64,000 nt of DNA from Chloroflexota bacterium (GCA_965216245.1 OZ244145.1:2572097-2636096); one strand, 5' to 3'; shown: positions 11,819 to 21,696, counted from the first letter of the stretch. Made by a program: numbers and translations. Notes: a model not told the origin generated them from the letters alone.

Positions 11819-11960
11819 CAGTTGTAGGGAAAACACGACCTAAATGCCTTCGCGCCGGTCTTCCCAGGCGTTCCAGTAGAGTTCCTCAATTTCCTCCAGC
11901 GTCGGTTGGCGGGGATTGCTGGCGACGTTGGGGTCCTGGGAACCGTTAGCGACAAGCTGC

Positions 11961-12097
11961 GACTGTCAGGGGGCAGCGCGGGAGCTAGAAGGCCTTCTTA
12001 GGGTAGCGTGCCTGAAGTGCAGAGCGGATGGATTCCCGCTTTCGCGGGAATGACGGTCCAGGATGCCGATTACTTTTCGCACCGATGGCGACCACGG
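11961..12097. repeat. 135-bp dispersed element, copy 2. Overlaps the 3' end of the Fe-ADH gene.
   Basis: Direct repeat of 11684-11818. Confidence 0.85.
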
Positions 12098-13149
12098 AGC
12101 GCTTGGGACAATTGCTCCTTGGTCACGCCCGCGTCTTGCAGAGAAGCAGGCAAGCCGACTTGGGAACGCAGCGCGGCGAGAGCGTCGATGAGAGAGGCGA
12201 TGGGCCTGTTGGAACTATCGAGGCCAAGGCGTGCCGCCAACTCTGCATACAGCGCTCCGGCGGCGCGCGCATTGTAGGCGACTATGTGGGGCAGCAGGAT
12301 CGCATTGGCGCGGCCGTGGGGAATGCCGAAGGCCGGCGTGATCTGGTGCGACAGGGCGTGGCAGAGGCCCAAACCGGCCCGCATCGTAGCGCCTGCCATG
12401 GTTGCCGCCACGTGCATCTCAGCACGCGCCGGCGTATTTCCCGACTCCTGAACGGACGCGGGCAAGTGCGCCATGACTGCGGCTATGGCTGCGCTTGCCA
12501 ATGCTTGCGTCAGCCGGTGGGATTCCCGGCAGGCGAAAGATTCGACTGCGTGCGCCAGCGCGTCGTAGCCGCTGTCCGCCGCCACGTGGGGCGGCATGGT
12601 GGCCGGCACTGCCGCGTCGAGAATTGCGGCATCGGGAGGGCCGGTGAAGAGAATGCGCTTGACCGGCGGCTGCGCGTTGTTGTCCGTTATCACGGCTCCG
12701 CGGCTGACTTCCGAGCCGGTGCCGCTGGTGGAGGGAATGGCGATACAGGTCATTTGCCCGGTCTCGCGCGGCGGGGGATTGAAGCCTGCGGCCACGAGCT
12801 CCGGCACTGTAACGCCGGGTGTCTCGCACGCGGCGCGAATGGTCTTGGTGACGTCCAGCGTGGAGCCCCCGCCCAGGCCGACGATCGTATCCGGCGCAAA
12901 TTCCTCGGCAAGTGCCACGCCCGCGGCGCAGGTCTCCTGCGATGGGTCGGGTTCGACGGCGTCGAAGATAGCCGTCGCTGCGCCCGCCTGGCGCGCCAAG
13001 CCGCACACCCGCTCGGTGAACCCCAATTCCGTCATCACCGGGTCCGCCACCACCATCACCCGCTTGCCGCACAACGTCGGCAGCACGTCTAACGCGCCAT
13101 CCCCAAGATGGATTTCGGTGGCAATCGAAAACGACTGGATGTCCACGAG
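12070..13149 (-). CDS. Iron-containing alcohol dehydrogenase family protein. The C-terminal 8 codons come from repeat copy 2. A GTG start is likely.
   Basis: Fe-ADH hallmarks: GGGS..D, metal-binding His cluster (HALSHQ), and SFSIATEIHLGDGALD N-terminus. GAAGGAG lies before GTG. Confidence 0.75.
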   Translation of the reverse strand, partial: LVDIQSFSIATEIHLGDGALDVLPTLCGKRVMVVADPVMTELGFTERVCGLARQAGAATAIFDAVEPDPSQETCAAGVALAEEFAPDTIVGLGGGSTLDVTKTIRAACETPGVTVPELVAAGFNPPPRETGQMTCIAIPSTSGTGSEVSRGAVITDNNAQPPVKRILFTGPPDAAILDAAVPATMPPHVAADSGYDALAHAVESFACRESHRLTQALASAAIAAVMAHLPASVQESGNTPARAEMHVAATMAGATMRAGLGLCHALSHQITPAFGIPHGRANAILLPHIVAYNARAAGALYAELAARLGLDSSNRPIASLIDALAALRSQVGLPASLQDAGVTKEQLSQALRGRHRCEK

Positions 13150-13559
13150 CACTGCTCCTTCAGAAGGTGGTGTCGCCGCGACCACAAAAGACCTACGGGA
13201 AGCAAATCCTCCAAATAGCACGAAATGACCAGTTTCTATGTGGGTCTCACTGTTTCCGTAGTATACGGTATTCCTTGACGAAAGGGAGACTGCTCCAATA
13301 CGCTGGACTTTGTGTGTTGGGATGACGCATTGTAGCGCGAGTTAGTCTTGGTAGTGCATTGAGCCACAGCGCAAAGATTTCGAAGGGCGCGGTCGCTCTG
13401 GTACCATGAATTCAGAATAGTGCGTTGGAACGTAGGTGTCTCTCTGTCCTAACGGGAAGTACTAGCTGTAATTAGGTAGCGGAATTGTCCACAAGCCGGT
13501 GAATATGATAGACCTTGCCCTATCTCATGGAATTCAGTCCCTGACTGCGTAGAACCGTC

Positions 13560-14909
13560 ATGATTACCTCACTCCGCCTAGTAAATTTCAAGAACTTTGC
13601 CGACGAGACGCTCCGACTTGGCCCTTTCACCTTGATTGTGGGGGCTAACGCTACCGGCAAGAGCAATATTCGCGATGCTTTTCGATTCTTGCACGGAATT
13701 GCTCGTAACTATACTCTAGCGGAAATTGTTGGTGGAAAGTACGGCGCGGAATGGCGGCCAATCCGTGGTGCCCCCAATGAGATTATCCGCTTTGGAAAAG
13801 ATGCATTTACTCTTGAAGTCGAGATGCCAGGGACGAGATCCCTTGCTACTCACTTTGACAGCGTACACTATCGTATCGGCATCAAACGAGAGAATGAAAG
13901 TGAGAGCCGACTTCGAGTCACAGCCGAATCAATGGTCATTGATTCCAATAACCGCGATTCACCATTATCGGGAACACTTTATACCACCGACCAACATCGG
14001 GATAGTAACATTGGCGCGCCTGAAGAGGATTTTAGGCTGCGTCTCCACATGCCTGAGGCTAACGATCCACTGGAAGTTTCGTCGGATCAACCTGGTCTTG
14101 CGCAGATTGCCCAGGCGGCTTCTGAGGCGCTCCAGGCGATGCAGGGCGAAGTCAACGAGGACGATTTACCTGATAGAATTATTGCTTTGGCAAAAGCGAA
14201 TGTCGGAGCGCTTCAAGGTATTATGACGTTTGCCAAGATGCGCTTCCTTGAACTAGCGCCGGAACGAATGCGGGAACCCGCCTTCCCGGACACAACAAGA
14301 CTGGGCGACTCGGGCGAGAATTTGCCGGCAGTGCTCAAGAAAATCTGCGCTGATACCAAGCGCAAGGACGTTCTACTATCGTGGTTGCAAGAACTTACCC
14401 CTATGGATGTAAGAGACCTGGAATTTCCAGTGGACTTCAGTGGCAAAGTGAATATTCTGATCCAAGATGGCAATAAACAAAAGTTTTCAGCCTACAGTGC
14501 ATCAGATGGCACGCTGCGCTTTCTCGGCATACTGGCTGCCCTGCTAAATGAGGAGGACGACGGACTGTATTTCTTTGAGGAGATTGACAATGGATTCCAT
14601 CCAGCGCGACTGCACCTCTTGCTCGACCTCATCGAACGGCAGACAGCTAAGGGAAAAATCCAGGTTGTTGCTACTACGCATTCGCCTGACGTGCTGAATC
14701 TCATCAATGACACCACATTCGAGAGTACGGTTGTAGTGTATCGCGACGAGCAATCCGCAAATGCCACTATCCAGCAGGTATCGGAGCTTCCCAATGCCAG
14801 AGAGTTGCGGAAGTCCCAGGGCTTGGGGCGCCTCCACACCGGCGGTTGGATGGAGAACATACTGTCCTTTGCGGAGGCGGATAGGGAAGAAGAGAAGGGC
14901 GGAGAATGA
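13560..14909 (+). CDS. ABC-type AAA ATPase (AAA_15/AAA_21-like). Putative ATPase subunit of a two-gene defence module.
   Basis: Walker A GANATGKSN. ABC-signature-like SDGTLRFL. Walker B LYFFEEIDNGFHP. H-loop ATTHSP. Local GC is lower than the flanks. Confidence 0.8.
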   Translation: MITSLRLVNFKNFADETLRLGPFTLIVGANATGKSNIRDAFRFLHGIARNYTLAEIVGGKYGAEWRPIRGAPNEIIRFGKDAFTLEVEMPGTRSLATHFDSVHYRIGIKRENESESRLRVTAESMVIDSNNRDSPLSGTLYTTDQHRDSNIGAPEEDFRLRLHMPEANDPLEVSSDQPGLAQIAQAASEALQAMQGEVNEDDLPDRIIALAKANVGALQGIMTFAKMRFLELAPERMREPAFPDTTRLGDSGENLPAVLKKICADTKRKDVLLSWLQELTPMDVRDLEFPVDFSGKVNILIQDGNKQKFSAYSASDGTLRFLGILAALLNEEDDGLYFFEEIDNGFHPARLHLLLDLIERQTAKGKIQVVATTHSPDVLNLINDTTFESTVVVYRDEQSANATIQQVSELPNARELRKSQGLGRLHTGGWMENILSFAEADREEEKGGE

Positions 14910-15460
14910 GGGTTCTCCTGATCCCAGAAGACTTCCGCAACGACCAGCACATTCTGAAGCCCATCTTCAAAAGGCTCTTCAGTGATCTTGGGAGGCCTTC
15001 GCTGCGCGTTGAGATTTGCCTTGACCCATTGCTTGGCGGCGTCGGAGAGGCATTGAAATCGGAACGCTTGAAGGAAATTGTGCAACAATATCCAACGATA
15101 AACATCTTCATACTTTGCATTGATCGCGATGGTGATGTGGGGAGACGCAAAAGGCTGGACCAGATCGAAACCGAGTTCGGCGACGCCTTCTTTGCAGAGA
15201 ATGCTTGGGAAGAAATCGAGACTTGGGTACTAGCTGGGTTGAATCTGCCTGCAGGCTGGAGTTGGCAGGAAGTACGCAAGGAAGTCCACGTCAAAGAAAC
15301 GTATTTCGAGTCGCTTGCTGCCGAACGTGGCTTGGCCGATGCCCCCGGCGGGGGACGAAAAGAGTTAGGTAAGCAGGCCGCGCGTCAAATCGGCGAGATA
15401 CGGCGGAAGTGTACCGAGGATTTCGATTCCCTTGCGCGACGGCTCGAGTCCGTGGTTTAA
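14906..15460 (+). CDS. Small TOPRIM-like protein (DUF4276/RloB-like, 184 aa). Putative nuclease partner.
   Basis: ATGA start/stop overlap with the upstream ATPase. N-terminal LLIPEDF (acidic residue after a beta-strand) and a CIDRDGD DxD-type motif. Confidence 0.6.
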   Translation: MRVLLIPEDFRNDQHILKPIFKRLFSDLGRPSLRVEICLDPLLGGVGEALKSERLKEIVQQYPTINIFILCIDRDGDVGRRKRLDQIETEFGDAFFAENAWEEIETWVLAGLNLPAGWSWQEVRKEVHVKETYFESLAAERGLADAPGGGRKELGKQAARQIGEIRRKCTEDFDSLARRLESVV

Positions 15461-15507
15461 GGTTACATACCCAGTAGCTATGTAGGTTTACCTTGAAAGG
15501 ACTGCAG

Positions 15508-17352
15508 ATGGCTACAACTACTCCACGTAGTGCACCGACCGCGGACGATTCCATAGGAGAAAACGGGCTGCTCCGTGTGTCTACGCTCACGGAATTGCAG
15601 GAGCAGGGGGTTGTGACGGCGACGGGGCGGGGGCATACCATTGCCGTGTTCTGGCACAACGAGAGCGCCTACGCCGTGGACAACCGCTGCCCGCACATGG
15701 GATTTCCGCTGGCGAGGGGCATCTGCGAGGACGGTGTCCTGACGTGCTACTGGCACTACGCGCGTTTCGACCTCGATTCCGGCGGCGCGTTCGACATCTG
15801 GGCCGGGGACGTGCGCACCTATCCGGTAACCGTGCGTGAAAATGCGGTATATGTGGACCTGCGCGAGACACAGAGTGCCGACGAACGGTACGAACAGGAA
15901 TTGCCGCGCCTGGAGAAGGCCCTGGAGCAGGGCATTGCGCTCAATCAAGCCAAGGCCGTGCTGGCCTTGGGCGACCTGAAGCCTGCGGACGCGACGAAGC
16001 AGATAGTCGCTACCACTGCCGATTTCGGTCTGCGGCGGGGTTCCAGCCGCAATCCGGGCGGTTGGGGTGACGGTCTTACCATCCTCACGGCCATGGCAAA
16101 CTTACAGCCGCTCCTCTTTGCGGAAGATCGGCCGCTTTCCCTCTACCACGGTACGCGCCGCGTGAGCAGCGACGCCATGAACCGTCAGGAGCGCATCATG
16201 CTCGATCCGCTGCCCACGGCGGCGATTCCCGATGAGCGTCTGAAGCGTTGGTTCCGGGAGTACGTCGAAGTGCGGGATGCGGACGCGGCTGAGCGTACGC
16301 TGCGCACGGCGATTGCGGCGGGCTGGTCGCCGGAGCAGTTGCTCGACATGCTGGCCGCCGCTGGTACCGACCACTACTATCGCGACTTCTCACACGTCAT
16401 GGATACGCTGGCCAAGGCGGCAGAACTCTTGGACATCATCGGCTGGGAAAACGCCGCAGACGTGCTGCCGGCCCTCACCAGCCAGTGGGCGCAGGCCACG
16501 CGTGAAGAGGAACGGAATGCCTGGCTTCGTCCCGAGAATCTTGTGGCGCTAGTGGTGGCGGCAGAGACCGAGCTAGATGAAGCCGTTGACCTCACGGCAC
16601 AGCCCACAGGCGGCTGGAATGAGCGCCTTGTGGAGGCGCTGCTCGGCGACGAGCCGCAGCGCAGTATCGAGACGTTGCTGGCGGCGTTTCGTGCGGGTCT
16701 GGCCTTGGCTGACGGAGCGCAGGCGCTGGCGTATGCCGCGGCGTTGCGACTTACGCGCTTTACCATCAGTAATGAGTTTGGTGATTGGGATACGGCGCTC
16801 CACCACTTCACCTACTGCGCTTCCCTTGCCCAGGTGGCCAAACGCGCACCGTCTATCGAGCTGGCACGCGGCGTGCTCCACGGCGCGATGGTGGTGTATC
16901 AAGCGCGCTTCCTCAATATGCCTGCCGCGCGCCTGCCAGGTGCACGTGCGCTGGCCGAATTGCCAAACGACCCCGCCGTTTTGCAGGAGCAACTCCTGGA
17001 ATACTGCGAGCGGCAAGGCGGTGTTGATGAGGCCGGTGCGATTACGTATCGGTATCTGACGCTCGGCCATGATCCGGCGGCGTTGATCGCCACCCTGGGC
17101 CACGCCGTGCTCTGCGAAGACCCCGGCTTTCACGACTTTCAGATGCTGGAGGAAGGGGTGCGCCTGGCCCAAGACTTGGCTGAGGCCGGCCATACCGAAG
17201 CCTCTTACCAGACGTTGGTCGCTATCGCCCGCTGGCAGGCGGCCCACGCCCCCACGCGCCGCGCCACCACGCAAACCTATACCATCGCGCGGCGCCTTCA
17301 CCGAGGAGAAGCAGTGTATGCCGATTCCGCCGATGGCGAGGATGGGTATTGA
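15508..17352 (+). CDS. Rieske [2Fe-2S] domain fused to a ~480-aa alpha-helical domain of unknown function
   Basis: CPHMG...(17 aa)...CYWH Rieske boxes. The rest of the protein has no recognised motifs. RBS AAAGGA precedes ATG 15508. Confidence 0.7.
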   Translation: MATTTPRSAPTADDSIGENGLLRVSTLTELQEQGVVTATGRGHTIAVFWHNESAYAVDNRCPHMGFPLARGICEDGVLTCYWHYARFDLDSGGAFDIWAGDVRTYPVTVRENAVYVDLRETQSADERYEQELPRLEKALEQGIALNQAKAVLALGDLKPADATKQIVATTADFGLRRGSSRNPGGWGDGLTILTAMANLQPLLFAEDRPLSLYHGTRRVSSDAMNRQERIMLDPLPTAAIPDERLKRWFREYVEVRDADAAERTLRTAIAAGWSPEQLLDMLAAAGTDHYYRDFSHVMDTLAKAAELLDIIGWENAADVLPALTSQWAQATREEERNAWLRPENLVALVVAAETELDEAVDLTAQPTGGWNERLVEALLGDEPQRSIETLLAAFRAGLALADGAQALAYAAALRLTRFTISNEFGDWDTALHHFTYCASLAQVAKRAPSIELARGVLHGAMVVYQARFLNMPAARLPGARALAELPNDPAVLQEQLLEYCERQGGVDEAGAITYRYLTLGHDPAALIATLGHAVLCEDPGFHDFQMLEEGVRLAQDLAEAGHTEASYQTLVAIARWQAAHAPTRRATTQTYTIARRLHRGEAVYADSADGEDGY

Positions 17353-17439
17353 GATGAGGGACTTGGCAAAGCAGATTCTACCGCCAATCGCTTGCTTGGC
17401 TGCTTAACCTAGTGGATGAGCTGCGCTGCTCCCGACTTA

Positions 17440-17556
17440 GGAGAAGAGGGCAGTCACGAGGACTGTGCCTACAGCGGGAAGAAGAGGGCAGTCACGAGGA
17501 CTGCCCCTACGGCGGAGAGAAGAGGGCAGGCACGAGGATAGTCCCTACGGCGATTT
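17440..17556. repeat. Tandem repeat, 38-bp unit x3, upstream of leuC. Each unit has the hairpin CAGTCACGAGGACTG.
   Basis: GAAGAGGGCAGTCACGAGGACTG... recurs at 17443, 17481 and 17519. Confidence 0.8.
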
Positions 17557-17804
17557 GGCGCAGGTTGCAAACCTGCGCTACCGGCTGCCTGGAATCTCTG
17601 TTTGCTCCACGTTTAGTATCCAAGCGCATGCCGCAAGAGCGCTGGTAACCGTTTGCCTGCTAGCTTCAGTTCTCGTTCTCTATGGTTTACATATGGTCTA
17701 TCCCTTCAATAGTTAGTGGCAGGTACGATAGAATAGATGGAAAGCGGGGCCGGATATGGGCTCGGCTCAATGTAAATTTGGTCGCTGCAAAGTGAGAGAC
17801 AGGT

Positions 17805-19205
17805 ATGGCTGGAAAGACGCTGTTTGAGAAGGTTTGGGAGAGTCACCTGGTGCATGAGGAGCCGGGCGCGCCGGCGCTGCTCTACGTTGACTTGCACCTT
17901 GTGCATGAAGTTACGTCGGCTCAGGCATTCGAGGGGCTGCGGCTGAGCGGACGAACCGTGCGACGGCCTGCCCTGGCCGTAGCGACGGTAGACCACAACG
18001 TCCCTACGACGAGTCGCTCAGAGTCGATTGCCGACGATATATCCCGCCGTCAAATCGAGACCATGGAGCAGAACGCGGCGGAGTTCGACCTCACGTTCTA
18101 TGGTTACCGCAACCCGAATCAGGGCATCGTGCACATCATTGGGCCGGAACTGGGTTATACGCAGCCCGGCAAGGTGATCGTCTGTGGCGATAGTCATACC
18201 TCTACGCACGGCGCGTTTGGGGCGTTTGCGCTCGGCATCGGCACCTCGGAGGTGGAGCACGTGCTCGCCACCCAGTGCCTGATACAGAAGAAACCCAAGA
18301 CGATGGAAGTGCGGGTCGACGGCACGCTGCCCCAGGGCGTCACGGCCAAGGACGTTATTCTCGGCATCATCGGGCACATCGGTGTGGAAGGCGGCGTAGG
18401 ACACGTAATCGAGTACACGGGTGAGGTCATTCGTTCGCTATCCATGGAAGGCCGCATGACCGTCTGCAACATGTCAATTGAAGGCGGTGCGCGCGCCGGG
18501 ATGATCGCGCCCGATGAGAAGACGTTTGAATATCTAAAGGGGCGCAAGTATGCGCCGCAAGGAACCGACTGGGAAGTGGCGCTCGCTCATTGGCGGACGC
18601 TGTCAACCGATGCCGACGCTACCTACGATAGAGTCATAGAGATTGATGCCGCCACCCTCGTGCCCCACGTAACTTGGGGAACGAATCCCGGCCAGGTCGT
18701 TCCCATCACCGGCTCTGTGCCCAATCCGGGCGAGATGGCGACACCGGAGGAGCAAGCCACTGCCGAGCGGGCGCTGACGTACATGGGATTGGAGGGCGGC
18801 ACGCCCATCCAGGACATTCCTATTGACCGCGTCTTTCTGGGATCGTGCACAAATGCGCGGCTGGAAGACCTGCGGGCGGCGGCGGGTATCGTGCGCGGCA
18901 AGCAGGTGCATCCTAATGTGCGGGCGATGGTGGTGCCGGGCTCGACGATGCTGAAACAGAAGGCGGAATCAGAAGGCTTGAACGAGGTCTTTCAGGCCGC
19001 GGGCTTCGAGTGGCGTGAGGCCGGTTGCTCTATGTGCTTGGGGATGAACCCGGATATTCTTGCTCCCGGCGAGCGCTGCGCTTCCACCTCTAACCGCAAC
19101 TTTGAAGGCCGCCAAGGCAAAGGCGGACGCACCCACCTCGTGAGTCCGCAGATGGCTGCCGCCGCCGCAATTGCGGGCCGTTTCGTGGACGTGCGCGAGT
19201 GGTGA
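17805..19205 (+). CDS. leuC: 3-isopropylmalate dehydratase large subunit
   Basis: Aconitase-family motifs. CGDSHT and the CxxC cluster (GSCTN, GCSMC) are present. Confidence 0.95.
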   Translation: MAGKTLFEKVWESHLVHEEPGAPALLYVDLHLVHEVTSAQAFEGLRLSGRTVRRPALAVATVDHNVPTTSRSESIADDISRRQIETMEQNAAEFDLTFYGYRNPNQGIVHIIGPELGYTQPGKVIVCGDSHTSTHGAFGAFALGIGTSEVEHVLATQCLIQKKPKTMEVRVDGTLPQGVTAKDVILGIIGHIGVEGGVGHVIEYTGEVIRSLSMEGRMTVCNMSIEGGARAGMIAPDEKTFEYLKGRKYAPQGTDWEVALAHWRTLSTDADATYDRVIEIDAATLVPHVTWGTNPGQVVPITGSVPNPGEMATPEEQATAERALTYMGLEGGTPIQDIPIDRVFLGSCTNARLEDLRAAAGIVRGKQVHPNVRAMVVPGSTMLKQKAESEGLNEVFQAAGFEWREAGCSMCLGMNPDILAPGERCASTSNRNFEGRQGKGGRTHLVSPQMAAAAAIAGRFVDVREW

Positions 19206-19325
19206 GGAAGTCGGTACCGTATCTCGCCGCGGCGAGCGAAATGATGACGTGGCAGGCCTTGATTTGCAACTAGACCGAGACTGATCTGAACGCTGAACAA
19301 GACTGGATTGTGCAAGGAATTAGGA

Positions 19326-19934
19326 ATGGAACCATTTGTAAAACACACAGGCAAAGTAGCCGCGTTGGATCGAGCGAACGTCGATACCGACCAGGTCATT
19401 CCGAAGCAGTTCCTCAAGCGGATCGAACGCACGGGATACGGCCCGTTTGCGTTCTTCGACTGGCGGTACTTCGAGGACGGCACTACCCCAAACCCGGAGT
19501 TCGAGCTTAACGATGCGCGCTACACCGGTGCCACGATCCTTGTCACCGGCAGGAATTTCGGCTGCGGGTCATCGCGTGAGCATGCCGCTTGGGCGCTCAA
19601 AGAGTATGGATTTCTGACGATCATTGCCCCCAGCTTTGCCGACATCTTTGCCAATAACGCCGTGGAGAACGGCATGCTTACGGTGGTCTTGCCGCCGAAA
19701 GACGTGGCTACGCTCACGGAGCGCGCACAGAATATTGTCGACTACCGCTTATCGGTGGACTTGGCAAATACTACGGTCCAAGACGACCATGGGTTTACGG
19801 CGTCGTTTGCGGTTGATGCTAACGTTCAACACCGGCTGCTCAACGGCCTGGACGCGGTAGGCTTGACCTTGCAGCAAGAAGAGGCCATTACGGCTTTCGA
19901 AGAGCAACGCCCCGGCTGGCTGCGCGCGTCCTGA
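19326..19934 (+). CDS. leuD: 3-isopropylmalate dehydratase small subunit
   Basis: MEPFVKHTGKVAALDRANVDTDQIIP-type N-terminus. GRNFGCGSSREHA motif. RBS is AAGGAATTAGGA. Confidence 0.95.
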   Translation: MEPFVKHTGKVAALDRANVDTDQVIPKQFLKRIERTGYGPFAFFDWRYFEDGTTPNPEFELNDARYTGATILVTGRNFGCGSSREHAAWALKEYGFLTIIAPSFADIFANNAVENGMLTVVLPPKDVATLTERAQNIVDYRLSVDLANTTVQDDHGFTASFAVDANVQHRLLNGLDAVGLTLQQEEAITAFEEQRPGWLRAS

Positions 19935-20120
19935 GGACGGATTTGAGCGTACTCTGCGGTGAGTGGCGCGCCCCTCCGGCTTCGCGTCAGGGTTCTCGAT
20001 TCTTGCCCAGAAGGAATCGCGGGCTGCTCTGCTTCCATCCGCGTATCTTCATCGTCGAGCACACACTCTTGATTCTTCGCTACGCTCGAGCAGATGTTCT
20101 GCTGCACCGACGACTGGGTA

Positions 20121-20142
20121 GGGGCACGACATGTCGTGCCCC
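20121..20142. terminator. Perfect 22-bp palindrome GGGGCACGACATGTCGTGCCCC between convergent leuD and terC. Candidate bidirectional terminator hairpin with no U-tract.
   Basis: Direct reading. Related palindromes occur at 2003-2031 and 4285-4306. Confidence 0.3.
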
Positions 20143-20389
20143 TACGTGCCGCGCAAGCCTTAGTCGGAATCCGGAACCCGAGGTCTAGATTCCTTGCTTC
20201 GCTTGGAATGACTGCTTATCGCGGCAAACAGAAGGCAGCCTAGCGTAGCGCAGGGGCTTGTCCGCCCGCTGATTGACGCGCATGCCGAACATTGAATTGT
20301 GTGTTCTCATGCTGGCAGGGACTCTAGATTCCTCCCCAGTGTCAAGCACGGGGCCACGGCGCGCTCGGAATGGCAGTGTGGTGGAGGAT

Positions 20390-21385
20390 TCACTCATTCG
20401 GTGGACGCAGCAGGGACGCGACTACCGATCCGCTTAACAGTACCCCAACGACGGCCAGAGAGTAGAACGGCTGCTCGTGGAAGGCGGTTGCTATCACCTC
20501 GATTGTCTCGAGTACGGAGGTAAAGAGGTGATCTCCCTTCGGCACGCCGTGAAAATCGCCTACGACCATCTTGATGCCCACAAAGATGAGCACGAGACCG
20601 AGGCCCACACCGAGGTAGTGGAACCGGTCCATCAGGTTCGCGAGCAAGAAATAGAGGGCGCGTAGGCCGAGAATTGCAAAGATGTTCGCGGAGTAGACGA
20701 TAAACGGTTCACGCGTGATGGCGAAGATCGCCGGTACGGAATCCAAGGCGAAAACCACGTCGGTGACGTTTACGACGAGCAGCACGAGCAAGAGAGGCGT
20801 CGCCAGCCAGCGGCCGTCGAGCTTTACGATATAGCTCCCGCCGTGATAGTTGGCAGTGCTTGGAAGGATTTTGCGGAAGACGCGGACGGCGAGGTTACGC
20901 TCGGGATCGGTATCTTCGTCGCCCTTGAGCAGAATGCGAATACCGGTATAGATGAGAAAGCCGCCAAAGACGAAGATCATCCAATGGAATGCAGCCAAAA
21001 GGGCGGCACCGACAAGTATGAACGCGCCGCGCAGGATGATTGCGGCAAGAATTCCCCAGAAGAGCACGTTATAGCGATACTCGTTAGGCACCGCGAAATA
21101 CGTGAAGATGATCAGAAAGACGAAGAGGTTATCGACGCTGAGCGTCCACTCGATGAGGTATCCCGTGATGAACTCGGTACCGCGTTCGGGCCCGGCAAAG
21201 ATAAACATGCCGGCGGCGAAAACAAGGGCAAGACTTACCCAAATGCCCACCCAGGTCGCTGACTCACGCGGCTTAATTACATGCGCGCCACGATGGAATA
21301 CCACCAAGTCGAGTATGAGCAAGGTCACGACGGCGGCGGTGAATCCGATCCAGAGCACGGGCGAGTTCAAAGTTCCGAACATCAA
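20390..21385 (-). CDS. TerC-family integral membrane protein
   Basis: Multi-TM protein with TerC-type conserved segments: SVDNLFVF and DSVPAIFAIT. Confidence 0.85.
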   Translation of the reverse strand: MMFGTLNSPVLWIGFTAAVVTLLILDLVVFHRGAHVIKPRESATWVGIWVSLALVFAAGMFIFAGPERGTEFITGYLIEWTLSVDNLFVFLIIFTYFAVPNEYRYNVLFWGILAAIILRGAFILVGAALLAAFHWMIFVFGGFLIYTGIRILLKGDEDTDPERNLAVRVFRKILPSTANYHGGSYIVKLDGRWLATPLLLVLLVVNVTDVVFALDSVPAIFAITREPFIVYSANIFAILGLRALYFLLANLMDRFHYLGVGLGLVLIFVGIKMVVGDFHGVPKGDHLFTSVLETIEVIATAFHEQPFYSLAVVGVLLSGSVVASLLRPPNE

Positions 21386-21643
21386 TGCGTCCTTAGTTGG
21401 TCTATGGGCAAGTCAGAGTTCAATCTCCCCGCACGCGACACAATTAAGGCACCGGTGTTACGGTGCCGATTTCCCCTATCGGGAAGAGAGAGAGTGCGCT
21501 TGAGCACGTCTCCTATAGTATCGCAACAGAAGCATTAACGTCACATTCAGGAAGTCTTGGCGCGCATGCAGGTGAAACTACTGAACGGGATCTCTCAGTG
21601 CCCTGTAGAAAGTACGACCATGGATCTTGGTGAGTGTAATATT

Positions 21644-21696
21644 GAAAGTGGTACTTGCAATTGTGCACAATCCAGTAGTCTTTACACCGCCACTTT
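21644..21696. promoter_or_regulatory. AT-rich structured segment in the terC/panC intergenic region. An 8-bp inverted repeat GAAAGTGG...CCACTTTC encloses the perfect 12-bp palindrome ATTGTGCACAAT (21657-21668).
   Basis: Direct reading. The 21540-21900 region is markedly AT-richer than its surroundings. Confidence 0.25.

Noticed and set aside
12028-13092. 354-aa plus-strand ORF antisense to the Fe-ADH gene (Arg/Gly/Ala-rich)
   Set aside because: It is a high-GC antisense shadow ORF with low-complexity composition, while the opposite strand encodes a clearly recognisable Fe-ADH.
13230-15470. Prophage or integrative element bounds around the low-GC defence islet
   Set aside because: There is no integrase, tRNA, att-like direct repeat or phage gene in or beside the islet. 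Only the two-gene cassette is compositionally distinct.
16573-17301. 242-aa minus-strand ORF inside the Rieske-fusion gene
   Set aside because: Antisense shadow ORF with no motifs. The plus-strand gene has the Rieske ligands and a plausible RBS.
21386-21560. yybP-ykoY Mn riboswitch in the terC 5' leader
   Set aside because: The leader is long enough and terC family genes often carry this riboswitch. I could not find the conserved L1/L3 consensus (GGGGAGUAG and partner) in the expected arrangement by eye. It is left as a check, not a call.
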